NCBI GenBank assembly: GCA_015058295.1
Contig: SVCP01000004.1
Location: forward strand, 4,040-68,039
Reading direction: 5' to 3'
From: Anaerofustis stercorihominis
Lineage (GTDB): Bacteria > Bacillota > Clostridia > Eubacteriales > Anaerofustaceae
Length of the DNA stretch: 64,000 bases
Under the pieces are notes generated by a model, which ran no database searches, was not told the DNA's origin, and saw nothing but the letters and a program-made list of their open reading frames with translations. The translations under genes were made by a program, and so were the position numbers. Below are positions 54,288-64,000 of the stretch, in pieces (within the stretch, counting starts at the first letter, position 1; each line of letters opens with the position of its first letter).

Positions 54288-54725
54288 TCATTCACAGCAC
54301 ATCTTTTTCGTTACATAGCGCATCACTCTGCGTCTTTTCCGCGGAAAGGTTTTTTCTGTAAATTCATAAAGCACTTTCCCGTTGACCGTTTTTGCATAAT
54401 GCGGGTCTATATTTACCTGTTGGAATATCCTTTCCGCCATATTTACATACAATCTGCACTTGTCGTAATAATAAAACCTCTCGGATATGCTTCTCCTTCC
54501 TCCGAATATGCTGACAGCGGCTCTGAAACAATAATACTCCACACCCATATGTATGCAGGCACGATTTCCGTATGATGATGCGAATATGAGCATTTCTTCG
54601 AGCTCACGGGCTTCGTTTTCGGTGTATTTCATGGAAAATATCTGCCGGAGGCGCTTTTCGCAGAATCGTTCAGCCATTCTGAGGTCTCCGTTGTATGCGA
54701 GAACTTTTAATTGATCAGTATTCAT
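54288..54725 (-). CDS. hypothetical protein (145 aa)
   Basis: Strong GGGAGG RBS. No recognisable motif. Confidence 0.55.
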   Translation of the reverse strand: MNTDQLKVLAYNGDLRMAERFCEKRLRQIFSMKYTENEARELEEMLIFASSYGNRACIHMGVEYYCFRAAVSIFGGRRSISERFYYYDKCRLYVNMAERIFQQVNIDPHYAKTVNGKVLYEFTEKTFPRKRRRVMRYVTKKMCCE

Positions 54726-54876
54726 AAATAACCTCCCGATATATATATTTGCGGATTCATATAGTATACTTTTTGATAAATGTCATCATAGACTTTTGAC
54801 ACTTAATATTTCAGATTAAAATTCATATATTTTTAGTAATTTGGTCGGCTCAGAAGCCGATTATTTAATTTTTCGC

Positions 54877-54919
54877 AAAAAAAATAACAACTATCAAAAG
54901 GTATACATTTTGATAGTTG

Positions 54920-54921
<2 letters not shown>
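54877..54921 (-). terminator. rho-independent terminator of the recombinase gene
   Basis: Perfect 14-bp arms AACAACTATCAAAA / TTTTGATAGTTGTT (54886-54921), followed on the minus strand by ATTTTTTTT. Confidence 0.75.
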
Positions 54922-55552
<631 letters not shown>

Positions 55553-55610
55553 TTATGATACATAATATACTCCATGACATTCAACGACATATTTTATTTT
55601 TTTGTGTGGG

Positions 55611-55719
55611 CCCGCCGCAGGCGGCAGGAGATAAAATCCGCAGGATTTTTTCTCCTGCCTGCTCAAAGGCAAAGCCTTTGAGGGTGTGATGCCTTGCATC
55701 ACACAGCCTGCGGCGGGGC
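55611..55719 (+). repeat. 109-nt cloverleaf-type repeat, copy 2
   Basis: Same orientation as copy 1. The 12-bp closing stem and all three hairpins are perfectly paired. Confidence 0.85.
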
Positions 55720-55810
55720 GGGAAGATGAAAAGTCAATTATTTCGCATCTATTTTTACGAGGGGAGATATTTGTATTTAAAAATCACGCAAGTCGGGGTA
55801 TAATCAGTAT

Positions 55811-56569
55811 ATGGACAAATTTATGACAGGCGAAAAATACAGACTTGATGATCTGCAGAACAAAGGTCTGAAAATATGGCAGGACACCTCCGAATTCTGC
55901 TTCGGGACGGATGCGGTACTGCTTGCGGATTTTGCCTCTGCAAAGATAAGAAAAAAAGACAGATATGTTGATCTTTGTACGGGAAACGGCATAATTGCGC
56001 TTCTTGTTTATGCAAGGACGGAAAATAAAAATATGACTGCCGTTGAGATAAATCCGAAAACAGCAGAACTTGCTTCGTACAATATGACATATAACGGACT
56101 GAATGAATATATAAATGTGGTCTGCGCAGATGTGAAAAGCTACGCAAGGGAGAATCTCAACAAGTTCGATGTGATCACAGTGAATCCTCCTTATATACCT
56201 GTGGGTACAGGTATTCCTTCGAAGAAAGAATCCGTATCCGCCGCAAGGCATGAAGTATTTCTGAGCCTTGAAGAGCTGATACATTCCTGCACGATGCTCC
56301 TGAAGGATAAAGGCAAGGTGTTTATGGTGCATCGCGCACACCGTGCCGCAGAGACCATCGCCGCAATGAGCAGACATCGCATTACTCCCAAAAGCATAAG
56401 GTTTATATACCCGAAAAACGGTGAAGAAGCAAATTTATTTCTCATCGAAGGCGTAAAAAATACGGGCGACTGGCTGAAAGTCTTGCCTCCGCTCGTGGTA
56501 TATAACGACGACGGAAGCTTCACGGACGAGATATATGAGATTTACGGAAGAGGGAATGAACATGAGTGA
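55811..56569 (+). CDS. SAM-dependent N6-adenine methyltransferase, tRNA1(Val) m6A37 (YfiC/TrmN6)-like
   Basis: NPPY motif (VNPPYIPVG), SAM-binding DLCTGNG, and an N-terminal RLDDL...GLKI.Q pattern. Confidence 0.7.
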   Translation: MDKFMTGEKYRLDDLQNKGLKIWQDTSEFCFGTDAVLLADFASAKIRKKDRYVDLCTGNGIIALLVYARTENKNMTAVEINPKTAELASYNMTYNGLNEYINVVCADVKSYARENLNKFDVITVNPPYIPVGTGIPSKKESVSAARHEVFLSLEELIHSCTMLLKDKGKVFMVHRAHRAAETIAAMSRHRITPKSIRFIYPKNGEEANLFLIEGVKNTGDWLKVLPPLVVYNDDGSFTDEIYEIYGRGNEHE

Positions 56570-57416
56570 AAATAATAATTACTCCGTTGAAGTGACGGAA
56601 AATTTCTCACTTACGAAGATATTCGACTGCGGACAGGCTTTTCGTTTCAGACAGACGGACAACGAAGGGGAGTTTGTGGGAGTAGCATTCGGAAGGGTGT
56701 TGAAACTCCGTCAGCAGGAAAATATGCTGACACTTTATGACTGCACGGAGGACGAATATACAGAGATATGGAAAGATTATTTTTGTATGGATACGGACTA
56801 TGCGGAAATTGACGAGATTATCAGTACAGACGACAGCATAAAAGAAGCCATAATCTACGGAAAAGGCATAAGAATACTCCGTCAGGAATTATGGGAGATG
56901 ATAATCACTTTTATTATTTCACAGAACAACAATATCCCCAGGATCGGAAAGCTTGTGGAGGCACTCTGCGAAAATTACGGAAGAGAGCTTGAGCTTGACG
57001 GAAAAATATATTATTCTTTCCCGACACCGGAAGAACTTTCCGCCGCAACGGAAGAAGACCTGACGGAAATGAAATTCGGATATCGTGCAGGATACATAAC
57101 GGGCTTTACAAAAGCGGTCGTCGACGGCTCATTCAGTCTTGATGAGCTGAACAGCCTTGACACGCCTGCCGCAAGGAAGATGCTGCTTTCCGTAAAGGGC
57201 ATAGGCGGGAAGGTTGCTGACTGCATACTTCTGTTCGGAATGGGAAGATATGAAGTATGTCCTCACGACACATGGATAAAAAAAGCACTTTCCGAAAAAT
57301 ACAATATCGAAAATGTAAACGAGAGAAAAGGATATGAACTTGTCACGGAGAAATGGGGGCAATACGCAGGAGTGGCACAGCAATATTTATTCTACGCACA
57401 AAGGTACCGTAAATGA
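56562..57416 (+). CDS. ogg: 8-oxoguanine DNA glycosylase (Ogg1-type, HhH-GPD)
   Basis: FDCGQAFRF N-domain, and an HhH with catalytic Lys (VKGIGGKVADCILLFGMG ... PHDTW) like the eukaryotic OGG1 motif. Confidence 0.8.
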   Translation: MSENNNYSVEVTENFSLTKIFDCGQAFRFRQTDNEGEFVGVAFGRVLKLRQQENMLTLYDCTEDEYTEIWKDYFCMDTDYAEIDEIISTDDSIKEAIIYGKGIRILRQELWEMIITFIISQNNNIPRIGKLVEALCENYGRELELDGKIYYSFPTPEELSAATEEDLTEMKFGYRAGYITGFTKAVVDGSFSLDELNSLDTPAARKMLLSVKGIGGKVADCILLFGMGRYEVCPHDTWIKKALSEKYNIENVNERKGYELVTEKWGQYAGVAQQYLFYAQRYRK

Positions 57417-58564
57417 GGATCGCTTCAGTCATAGCGGAATTTAATCCGCTTCACAATGCACATAAATATATTCTTGAAAAGACAAAAGAAAGCGGGCATG
57501 ATATTACTGCAGTCATACTCGGCGGAAACTTTATGCAGAGAGGGGAATTTTCTGTTCTCGACTGCTACGACAGGGCGGAGGCGGCGGTAAAATGCGGTGC
57601 GGATATTGTGCTTTTGCTTCCGTATGTATATTCCGCGCAGACGGCAGAAGTTTTTGCATGGGGCGCAGCAGGTATTGCGGAAGGTATCGGAACGGACACA
57701 TTGTTTTTCGGTTCGGAAGATGACAGTCTTTTGTTTTATGACACAGCAAGGCTTCTTTCGGAAGAGCCGGAGGAATTTAGAACTATCCTCAGAGACGGAC
57801 TTTCTTCCGGGCTTTCGTTTGCGGCATCAAGGGAAAACGCAGTCAGAGAGATTCTGGGTGAAAGTGGCGCAAAATGCCTTATGGGTGCGAACAACATTCT
57901 CTCCACGGAATATACGAAAGCCATCATCCGCATGAATTCACAGATGAAGACAAAGAGCGTAAAAAGGATCCCTTCACTCTCCGCAACGAAAATAAGACAG
58001 ATGCTTTCTTCGGGGAAAATGGATTCTGTAAAGGAATATGTCCCGGAAGAGTCTTTTGAAATGATAAAAAACGGTGAACTTCATTTTTCCGAAGACAATA
58101 AGGATCTGCTTTTTTACGGACTTCTGCTGAAAGGCGAAGAATGTCTCTGTCGGGTTGCGGAAGTTGAAAGCGGTCTTGAGAGAAGAATGTATGCCGGAAG
58201 ATATTCGCTTGCGGAGAGTCTGAAAGCATACGAAGACAAAGTATCCGCAAAGCGATATACAAGAAGCAGGATAAGACGGATACTTTACAACAACGTTATG
58301 GGATACACAAAAGAAGACCTTACGAAGGCAAGGAGCCATATGCCAAAGAGTGCACTTGTCCTTGCTGTGAATTCAAAAGGCAGGGATCTCATAAAGGCAG
58401 TAAACGGAAAAGGAGATTTCCGCATCATCTCAAATCTTTCAAAAGAGTACGACAGTATCGGTGATGACAGATGGATATACGATATGGAGATCCGTGCATA
58501 TGAGATGTATCACAGAAAAGACGGCAGGTCGCTTATGAAAGAGCACTGCAGGGTGTTGGGTTAA
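57413..58564 (+). CDS. tmcAL: tRNA(Met) cytidine acetate ligase (UPF0348/YlbM nucleotidyltransferase family)
   Basis: The N-terminal AEFNPLHNAH motif is typical of this family. Confidence 0.75.
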   Translation: MRIASVIAEFNPLHNAHKYILEKTKESGHDITAVILGGNFMQRGEFSVLDCYDRAEAAVKCGADIVLLLPYVYSAQTAEVFAWGAAGIAEGIGTDTLFFGSEDDSLLFYDTARLLSEEPEEFRTILRDGLSSGLSFAASRENAVREILGESGAKCLMGANNILSTEYTKAIIRMNSQMKTKSVKRIPSLSATKIRQMLSSGKMDSVKEYVPEESFEMIKNGELHFSEDNKDLLFYGLLLKGEECLCRVAEVESGLERRMYAGRYSLAESLKAYEDKVSAKRYTRSRIRRILYNNVMGYTKEDLTKARSHMPKSALVLAVNSKGRDLIKAVNGKGDFRIISNLSKEYDSIGDDRWIYDMEIRAYEMYHRKDGRSLMKEHCRVLG

Positions 58565-58575
58565 TATTGATTCTG

Positions 58576-58606
58576 ACGGCATCGTAAGATGCCGTATTTC
58601 TTTTTT
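58576..58606 (+). terminator. rho-independent terminator
   Basis: ACGGCATC / GATGCCGT stem followed by ATTTCTTTTTT. Confidence 0.8.
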
Positions 58607-58857
58607 CGGAGAGATGTTTTATTGCGGAAAACTTCGCTGTATAAAAGGATTTCTGTGCAATCAAGCGAAAAAAAAATCATATTTCAAACAGTTGAAAAGA
58701 TTCGGAAAATCGTAAAATAAAAAAGAGTATTTTCCGTATTTTGTATCCGTGAGGGTATGCGAATGGATAAAAATATATAAAATAAGGCTTAAATAAAGGA
58801 ATAATTTATATATTGTGAAGATTTTGAAAAATAAAACATCAAAATGTTATTTTTCCC

Positions 58858-58886
58858 TTGCATATATTCTGTCGTGGTGCTATAAT
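58858..58886 (+). promoter_or_regulatory. candidate sigma-A promoter of the liv-type operon
   Basis: TTGCAT, 17-nt spacer, TATAAT. Confidence 0.55.
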
Positions 58887-59007
58887 AACACAAATCCTTT
58901 ATTATCCGTTGCCGTCCATATATAGCTTTCGTATTGGTATGTATGCGACGACAGTAGGATAAAATGGATAAATAAACCGGTACTATTATGTACTATGGAG
59001 GGAAAAA

Positions 59008-60195
59008 ATGAAAAAAACATTAGCAATTTTACTTGCCGTTGTTATGATCATCGGCCTCTTCGCAGGATGCGGCGGCGATGATGATACAGCAAATGTAATC
59101 AAGATCGGTGTTTTCGAACCGGCTTCAGGCGATAACGGCGCAGGCGGAAAACAGGAAACACTCGGTATTCAGTACGCTAACACTGTAGCTCCGACAGTTG
59201 AAATCAACGGTACTACATATGACGTTAAACTCGTTCCCGTTGACAACGAATCATCAAACGACAAAGCAGCTACAGCAGCAAACACACTTATTGCTGAAGG
59301 TGTTCAGGTAGTTCTCGGTTCTTACGGTTCAGGCGTTTCAATCGCAGCAAGTGATACATTCAAAAACGCAGGTATTCCGGTAATCGGTATCACATGCACA
59401 AACCCGCAGGTTACAGAAGGCAACACACACTACTTCCGTATCTGCTTCCTCGATCCGTTCCAGGGCACAGTTCTTGCAAACTTCGCTAAATCAGAACTCG
59501 GTGCAGCAAAAGCTTACTGCCTTGCTAAACTCGGTGATGACTACTCAGTAGGTCTCTGCAACTACTTCATGGATGCTTTCAAAAAGCTCGGCGGTGAAGT
59601 TGTTTACGAAACATTCCCGGAAGGTACATCAGACTTTACAGCATATGTTGCAAAAGCTACAAATGAAAAAGCAGGCGTGTTCTTCGCTCCGGTTTCAACA
59701 GAAGCTGCTGCAAACATTATCAACCAGGGTAATGCACAGGGTATGACAATGCCTATCCTCGCAGGCGACACATGGGATTCAAACGTTATCCTTCAGGCTG
59801 CAAAAGGCACAACAAATAACATCTACATCACAACATTCTTCGATGAAGGCGACACATCAGATACTGCAAAAGCATTCGTATCAGGTTGCAAAGAATGGAT
59901 CAACGGCAATGCCGAAGCTAAAACAAACAACAACGGCGACGACACAATCGCTGCTGTAACAGCAATGGGTTATGATGCTTACTTCGTAGCTCTCGAAGCA
60001 ATCAAAGCTGCAACAGACCCGATGGATTCTGCAGCCATCAATGAAGCACTCTGGGATGTTAACTATGACGGCGTTACAGGCAACATTCAGTTCGAATCTG
60101 TAAACGGTGATGCTGTAAGAAACGTAGCTTACATCAAGAAAGTTAACACAACAGATGCAGTTTGGGAATTCGTAACAGTACAGTCAGTACAGTAA
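59008..60195 (+). CDS. ABC transporter substrate-binding lipoprotein (branched-chain amino acid type)
   Basis: Lipobox LFAGC and a type I periplasmic-binding-fold pattern. First gene of the livHMGF-like operon. Confidence 0.85.
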   Translation: MKKTLAILLAVVMIIGLFAGCGGDDDTANVIKIGVFEPASGDNGAGGKQETLGIQYANTVAPTVEINGTTYDVKLVPVDNESSNDKAATAANTLIAEGVQVVLGSYGSGVSIAASDTFKNAGIPVIGITCTNPQVTEGNTHYFRICFLDPFQGTVLANFAKSELGAAKAYCLAKLGDDYSVGLCNYFMDAFKKLGGEVVYETFPEGTSDFTAYVAKATNEKAGVFFAPVSTEAAANIINQGNAQGMTMPILAGDTWDSNVILQAAKGTTNNIYITTFFDEGDTSDTAKAFVSGCKEWINGNAEAKTNNNGDDTIAAVTAMGYDAYFVALEAIKAATDPMDSAAINEALWDVNYDGVTGNIQFESVNGDAVRNVAYIKKVNTTDAVWEFVTVQSVQ

Positions 60196-60301
60196 TAAAT
60201 ACTCAGACATACAGCAGAACAACGGGGACGTACCTGTCCCCGTTTTCAGTTTAATAAAAAATACTCTATTTTCACCCAAATACCCTAAACGGAGTAACAT
60301 T

Positions 60302-61183
60302 ATGGATTTTACTAATTGGTTGCCATACATTCTTTCCGGAGTTTCCGTAGGCGGACAGTATGCGCTTATGGCTATCGGATATACAATGGTATACGGCATA
60401 TTAAGACTTATCAACTTCGCACATGGCGACATTTTCATGTCAGCGGGTCTTATAATGGTTTATCTTGCAACATGGATGCCCATACAGTTTGCTATCCCGC
60501 TCACAATCATCATAACGGTTATTATAGGTTTCCTTGTGGAACGTATTGCTTACAAGCCCCTTCGTGAAGCACCGAGAATGTCTATTATGATCAGTGCTAT
60601 CGGAGTAAGCTATTTTATTCAGAACGTCGCCCTTTATCTTACGGGCGGACTTACAAAACAATATCCGCAGATCCCGCTTATCGGTGAATCTATCGAGATA
60701 TTGGGTGCAAAAACAAAGGTCGTTACTGTTGTAACACCGTTTTTGACACTGTTTCTTGTTATTGCTCTCACATTCCTCATCAAAAAGACAAAAGTCGGTA
60801 TGGCGATGAGAGCTGTATCAAAAGATTTTGAAACATCACGCCTTATGGGCATAAAGATCAACACTGTAATCAGCGCAACATTCATCATCGGTACATTCCT
60901 TGCTGCGGTAGGGTCAATGCTTTACTTCACAAACTATACAGGTGTATCGACTATCTCCGGTTCAATGCCCGGTCTGAAGGCATTCGTTGCCGCTGTTTTC
61001 GGCGGTATCGGTTCTATCCCCGGTGCAGTTATCGGTGCGTTTGTTATCGGTATATGTGAAAACATTATAAAGGGTCTTGGTTGGACGACATTCAGCGACG
61101 CATTTACATTCGCTTTGCTCATTGTCATTCTCATCTTTAAGCCAAACGGCATTTTTGGTGAGGCCAATACGGATAAGGTGTGA
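60302..61183 (+). CDS. livH: branched-chain amino acid ABC permease
   Basis: Multi-TM protein with N-terminal G..YAL.A.G..MVYG...INFAHG. Confidence 0.85.
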   Translation: MDFTNWLPYILSGVSVGGQYALMAIGYTMVYGILRLINFAHGDIFMSAGLIMVYLATWMPIQFAIPLTIIITVIIGFLVERIAYKPLREAPRMSIMISAIGVSYFIQNVALYLTGGLTKQYPQIPLIGESIEILGAKTKVVTVVTPFLTLFLVIALTFLIKKTKVGMAMRAVSKDFETSRLMGIKINTVISATFIIGTFLAAVGSMLYFTNYTGVSTISGSMPGLKAFVAAVFGGIGSIPGAVIGAFVIGICENIIKGLGWTTFSDAFTFALLIVILIFKPNGIFGEANTDKV

Positions 61184-61187
61184 GGAT

Positions 61188-62309
61188 ATGAAGAACTTAG
61201 ATAAAAAGACTAAAAAAAGAATTATCATCGACATTATCCTTGTTATAGCATTGTTTGCAGGCTTATGGGTATTGGAACAGGTTCTCCCGAAGAACAGCAT
61301 GCTCTTCCCGGTACTTAAAAAAGGTGCGATTTATGCGCTCTTAGCAGTATCAATGAACCTTCTCAACGGTTTTACGGGCCTTTTCAGCCTTGGTCAGGCA
61401 GGTTTTATGCTTCTGGGTGCTTATACATATGCGATATTCACGATTCCCGTTGACGCGAGAGCATCTGTTTATCAGTATTATAACGGTGGTGCAATCACAT
61501 TTGCACTTCCCTCATGGCTGGCTCTTATCCTCGGAGGACTTCTGGCAGCTGCTGCTGCGGCACTTATCGGTGTCGTTGTTCTCAGGCTGAAGAGTGACTA
61601 TCTGGCTATTGCAACTCTCGGTTTTGCGGAAATTATCCGTGCATTCGCACAGTGGGATGTTATGGGTCCTGTCACAAACGGATCAAACGTTCTGCGTAAG
61701 TTTCCGTATTTCCAGTCTACACTTGTTCCGTTTGCTATCGTCGGAGTATGTATATTCCTTATTGTACTTCTGATCAATTCGTCTTACGGAAGGGCTTTCA
61801 AAGCTATCCGTGATGATGAGATCGCTGCGGAAGCAATGGGCATAAACCTTTTCAAGCATAAACAGCTTGCATTCGTAATCAGCTCGTTCTTCGCAGGCAT
61901 CGGCGGTGCGCTTCTCGCTATGTTCAACACGACGGTTATTGCCAGCACATTCAAAACCTCACTTACATACGAAATTCTTCTTATCGTAGTACTTGGTGGT
62001 GTTGGTTCGGTATCCGGTTCTGTGATGGCATCATTCCTCTATATTGCAGCAAGTGAATGGTGGCTCAGATTCCTTGATGCACCGCTTATGATTGGTTCAT
62101 TCCAGGTGCCGCTTCTTAAAGCAGGATTCAGAAAAGTTGTGTTCTCTGTAATCATTATGATCGTCGTACTCTTCTATCGTGAAGGTATGATGGGAAGAAA
62201 CGAACTTTCATGGGATTTCATCAAAGACAGGCTTAACAAGTTAAAAAATAAGATATCAGGTATAGGAAATAAAAAGAAATTAAAAGCGGAGGCTGACAAT
62301 GAGCAATAA
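61188..62309 (+). CDS. livM: branched-chain amino acid ABC permease
   Basis: Start at MKNLDKK after GAGGA. LNL..G..G..SLGQA.F pattern. Confidence 0.85.
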   Translation: MKNLDKKTKKRIIIDIILVIALFAGLWVLEQVLPKNSMLFPVLKKGAIYALLAVSMNLLNGFTGLFSLGQAGFMLLGAYTYAIFTIPVDARASVYQYYNGGAITFALPSWLALILGGLLAAAAAALIGVVVLRLKSDYLAIATLGFAEIIRAFAQWDVMGPVTNGSNVLRKFPYFQSTLVPFAIVGVCIFLIVLLINSSYGRAFKAIRDDEIAAEAMGINLFKHKQLAFVISSFFAGIGGALLAMFNTTVIASTFKTSLTYEILLIVVLGGVGSVSGSVMASFLYIAASEWWLRFLDAPLMIGSFQVPLLKAGFRKVVFSVIIMIVVLFYREGMMGRNELSWDFIKDRLNKLKNKISGIGNKKKLKAEADNEQ

Positions 62310-63141
62310 CGTATTACGTCTTGAACACGCAACGATGCAGTTCGGCGGCGTTGTTGCGGTTGACAATTTGTCTTTGCAGGTAAACAAGGGTGAGATCGTC
62401 GCTCTTATCGGACCTAACGGTGCAGGAAAGACAACTGCTTTCAATATGATAACAGGTGTATATCAGCCGACAAACGGTGCTGTATACTTCAATGACGAGC
62501 TTATCATATCAAACCACCCGAAGGGAAAAATGAAAAAGATCTATGCCGGCGAATACACAAAATCCATCGGCAGAAGAGTTGTTAAAACTCCCGACAAGAT
62601 CACAAAGCTCGGTATGGCAAGAACATTCCAGAATATCCGTCTGTTTACAAATATGACGGTACTTGAGAATGTACTTATTGCAAAACATATGAGAGCAAGA
62701 CACAATGTATTCACTTCCACACTGCGTGTTGATGGCGGTGCTGAAAAGAAAATGAGAGAAGAAGCTCTTGCGCTTCTGGAAATGCAGGGTATGACTCATC
62801 TGAAAGATGAAATCGCAGGATCTCTTCCGTATGGTATTCAGCGACGCCTTGAGATTGCCCGTGCCCTTGCGACAGATCCGGAAATTATTCTTCTTGACGA
62901 ACCGGCTGCAGGTATGAACCCGCAGGAAACAAATGAACTTACGGAATTTATAGCACGCATAAAGGATGAATATGATCTTACTATCTTCATGATCGAACAT
63001 CATATGGATCTCGTTATGCAGATATCCGACAGGATATATGTTCTTGACTTCGGAAAGCTTATTGCGGAAGGTACTCCGGAGGAAATTCAGAACAACCCAC
63101 GTGTAATCGAAGCTTATCTTGGAGGTGCCGCAGATGCTTAA
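62299..63141 (+). CDS. livG: ABC ATP-binding protein LivG-like
   Basis: Walker A GPNGAGKTT, signature LPYGIQRRLEIA, Walker B ILLDEP. Confidence 0.9.
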   Translation: MSNNVLRLEHATMQFGGVVAVDNLSLQVNKGEIVALIGPNGAGKTTAFNMITGVYQPTNGAVYFNDELIISNHPKGKMKKIYAGEYTKSIGRRVVKTPDKITKLGMARTFQNIRLFTNMTVLENVLIAKHMRARHNVFTSTLRVDGGAEKKMREEALALLEMQGMTHLKDEIAGSLPYGIQRRLEIARALATDPEIILLDEPAAGMNPQETNELTEFIARIKDEYDLTIFMIEHHMDLVMQISDRIYVLDFGKLIAEGTPEEIQNNPRVIEAYLGGAADA

Positions 63142-63838
63142 AATCAAAAATCTCAGTGTATCATACGGCGGTATCGAAGCTGTAAGGGATATTTCATTTG
63201 ATGTACCGGAAGGCAGTATCGTAACAATGATCGGTGCCAACGGTGCAGGTAAATCAACAACACTGCGCACCATCGCAGGCCTTGTAAAGCCGAAAGCCGG
63301 TACTATTGAGTTCATGGGACAGGATATTACCAATATGCCCACGGAACAGATAGTAAAACAGGGGATAACGCTTGTTCCCGAAGGTCGAAAAGTATTTGCT
63401 GACCTCTCTGTAGAGGAAAACCTTAAGATCGGCGCATACATGAGAAAAGACGACTATAAGGCAGATATGGAATGGGTGTATGAACTTTTCCCACGTCTTA
63501 AAGAACGTTCATGGCAGTATGCAGGTACTCTCTCCGGCGGTGAACAGCAGATGCTTGCTGTAGGCAGAGCTCTTATGAGCAAACCGAAACTCATCATGAT
63601 GGACGAACCGTCTCTCGGTCTTGCTCCGATCATCGTTTCGGGAATATTTGATATTATCCGTGAAGTCAATAAGCAGGGTGTTACTATCCTCCTTATTGAG
63701 CAGAATGCCAATATGGCGCTTAAATGTGCACATTATGCTCACGTTCTGGAAACCGGCTCCGTGACACTCAGCGGAACGGGTCAGGAAGTCCTTGAAAATG
63801 ACGCAGTAAGAGCTGCGTATTTGGGAAAATCAAAATAG
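63134..63838 (+). CDS. livF: ABC ATP-binding protein LivF-like
   Basis: Walker A GANGAGKST, signature LSGGEQQML, Walker B IMMDEP. Confidence 0.9.
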   Translation: MLKIKNLSVSYGGIEAVRDISFDVPEGSIVTMIGANGAGKSTTLRTIAGLVKPKAGTIEFMGQDITNMPTEQIVKQGITLVPEGRKVFADLSVEENLKIGAYMRKDDYKADMEWVYELFPRLKERSWQYAGTLSGGEQQMLAVGRALMSKPKLIMMDEPSLGLAPIIVSGIFDIIREVNKQGVTILLIEQNANMALKCAHYAHVLETGSVTLSGTGQEVLENDAVRAAYLGKSK

Positions 63839-63845
63839 AGTAGTT

Positions 63846-63889
63846 AAAAGCATGAGACATCGGTATTCATCCGGTGTCTTTTGCTTTTT
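63846..63889 (+). terminator. rho-independent terminator after the liv operon
   Basis: AAAAGCA..AGACATCGG / CCGGTGTCT..TGCTTTT stem followed by a T-run. Confidence 0.7.
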
Positions 63890-63964
63890 AATCGCTCATT
63901 TAATGGATTTTTTATATTGTCTGTAGTATACTGATTTTAAACAATACGTGTTACGGAGGATATT

Positions 63965-64000
63965 ATGTACGAATTGATACAGGTTGGGCAGAACAGTTTT
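63965..64000 (+). CDS. start of an unidentified CDS truncated by the window end
   Basis: ATG after ACGGAGGA; only 12 codons (MYELIQVGQNSF) are visible. Confidence 0.3.
   Translation, partial: MYELIQVGQNSF

Noticed and set aside
53751-54295. Two overlapping minus-strand ORFs (105 and 107 aa) in the GC-rich repeat region
   Set aside because: They have no RBS, they overlap each other, and they are largely encoded by the structured repeats. They are open only because GC-rich repeats lack stop codons.
55784-56377. 197-aa minus-strand ORF opposite the methyltransferase gene
   Set aside because: The plus-strand frame carries the NPPY and SAM-binding motifs. The antisense frame is Cys/His/Phe-rich with no motif or RBS.
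62509-63441. 310-aa ORF on the minus strand across the livG/livF junction
   Set aside because: It is antisense to two ABC ATPase genes with unambiguous Walker and signature motifs. It has no RBS and a low-complexity, Cys/Phe-rich translation typical of a shadow ORF.

Overview
This 64 kb window looks like the chromosome of a low-GC Gram-positive bacterium. Gene content, GGAGG-type ribosome-binding sites and a T-box leader suggest Clostridia; that assignment is inference only. Most of the window is housekeeping: a PaaK-like ligase (partial), tyrS, topA-dprA, comM/yifB, a 3D-domain wall protein, htrA, thpR, a GntR/ABC-2 operon, dnaB-rplI, azlCD, rapZ-yvcK, an rph/rdgB fusion, class A PBP, aminotransferase-rluD-nitroreductase, metG behind a T-box leader, ogg, tmcAL and a liv-type ABC operon. 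I found no rRNA, tRNA or CRISPR array. There are four accessory regions. (1) At 2.2-4.4 kb there is a tandem array of five paralogous ~95-aa three-TM proteins. (2) At 23.8-25.6 kb there is a macro-domain/VWA gene pair. (3) At 30.9-47.2 kb there is a ~16 kb island bounded by terminators and made of two convergent operons. One encodes a membrane protein, a HerA/FtsK-like ATPase and an ADP-ribosyltransferase-like protein. The other is a tightly packed 10-gene operon: a sigma-like protein, a protein with the HxxxCxxC zinc anti-sigma motif, tandem CbbX/SpoVK-type AAA+ domains fused to a trypsin-like protease, a divergent Hsp70 flanked by coiled-coil proteins, an orphan NrdG-like radical SAM activase, and three paralogous double-zinc-ribbon proteins. 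This island is my best candidate for an undescribed system; I cannot match it from memory to any named defence or secretion system. (4) At 52.3-55.7 kb, GC-rich multi-hairpin repeats bracket a URO-D-family paralog and a small serine-recombinase cassette. They include G-quadruplex-type tracts and two copies of a 109-nt element that folds on paper into a perfect cloverleaf. All function calls rest on motif recognition in the supplied translations; no database search was possible.
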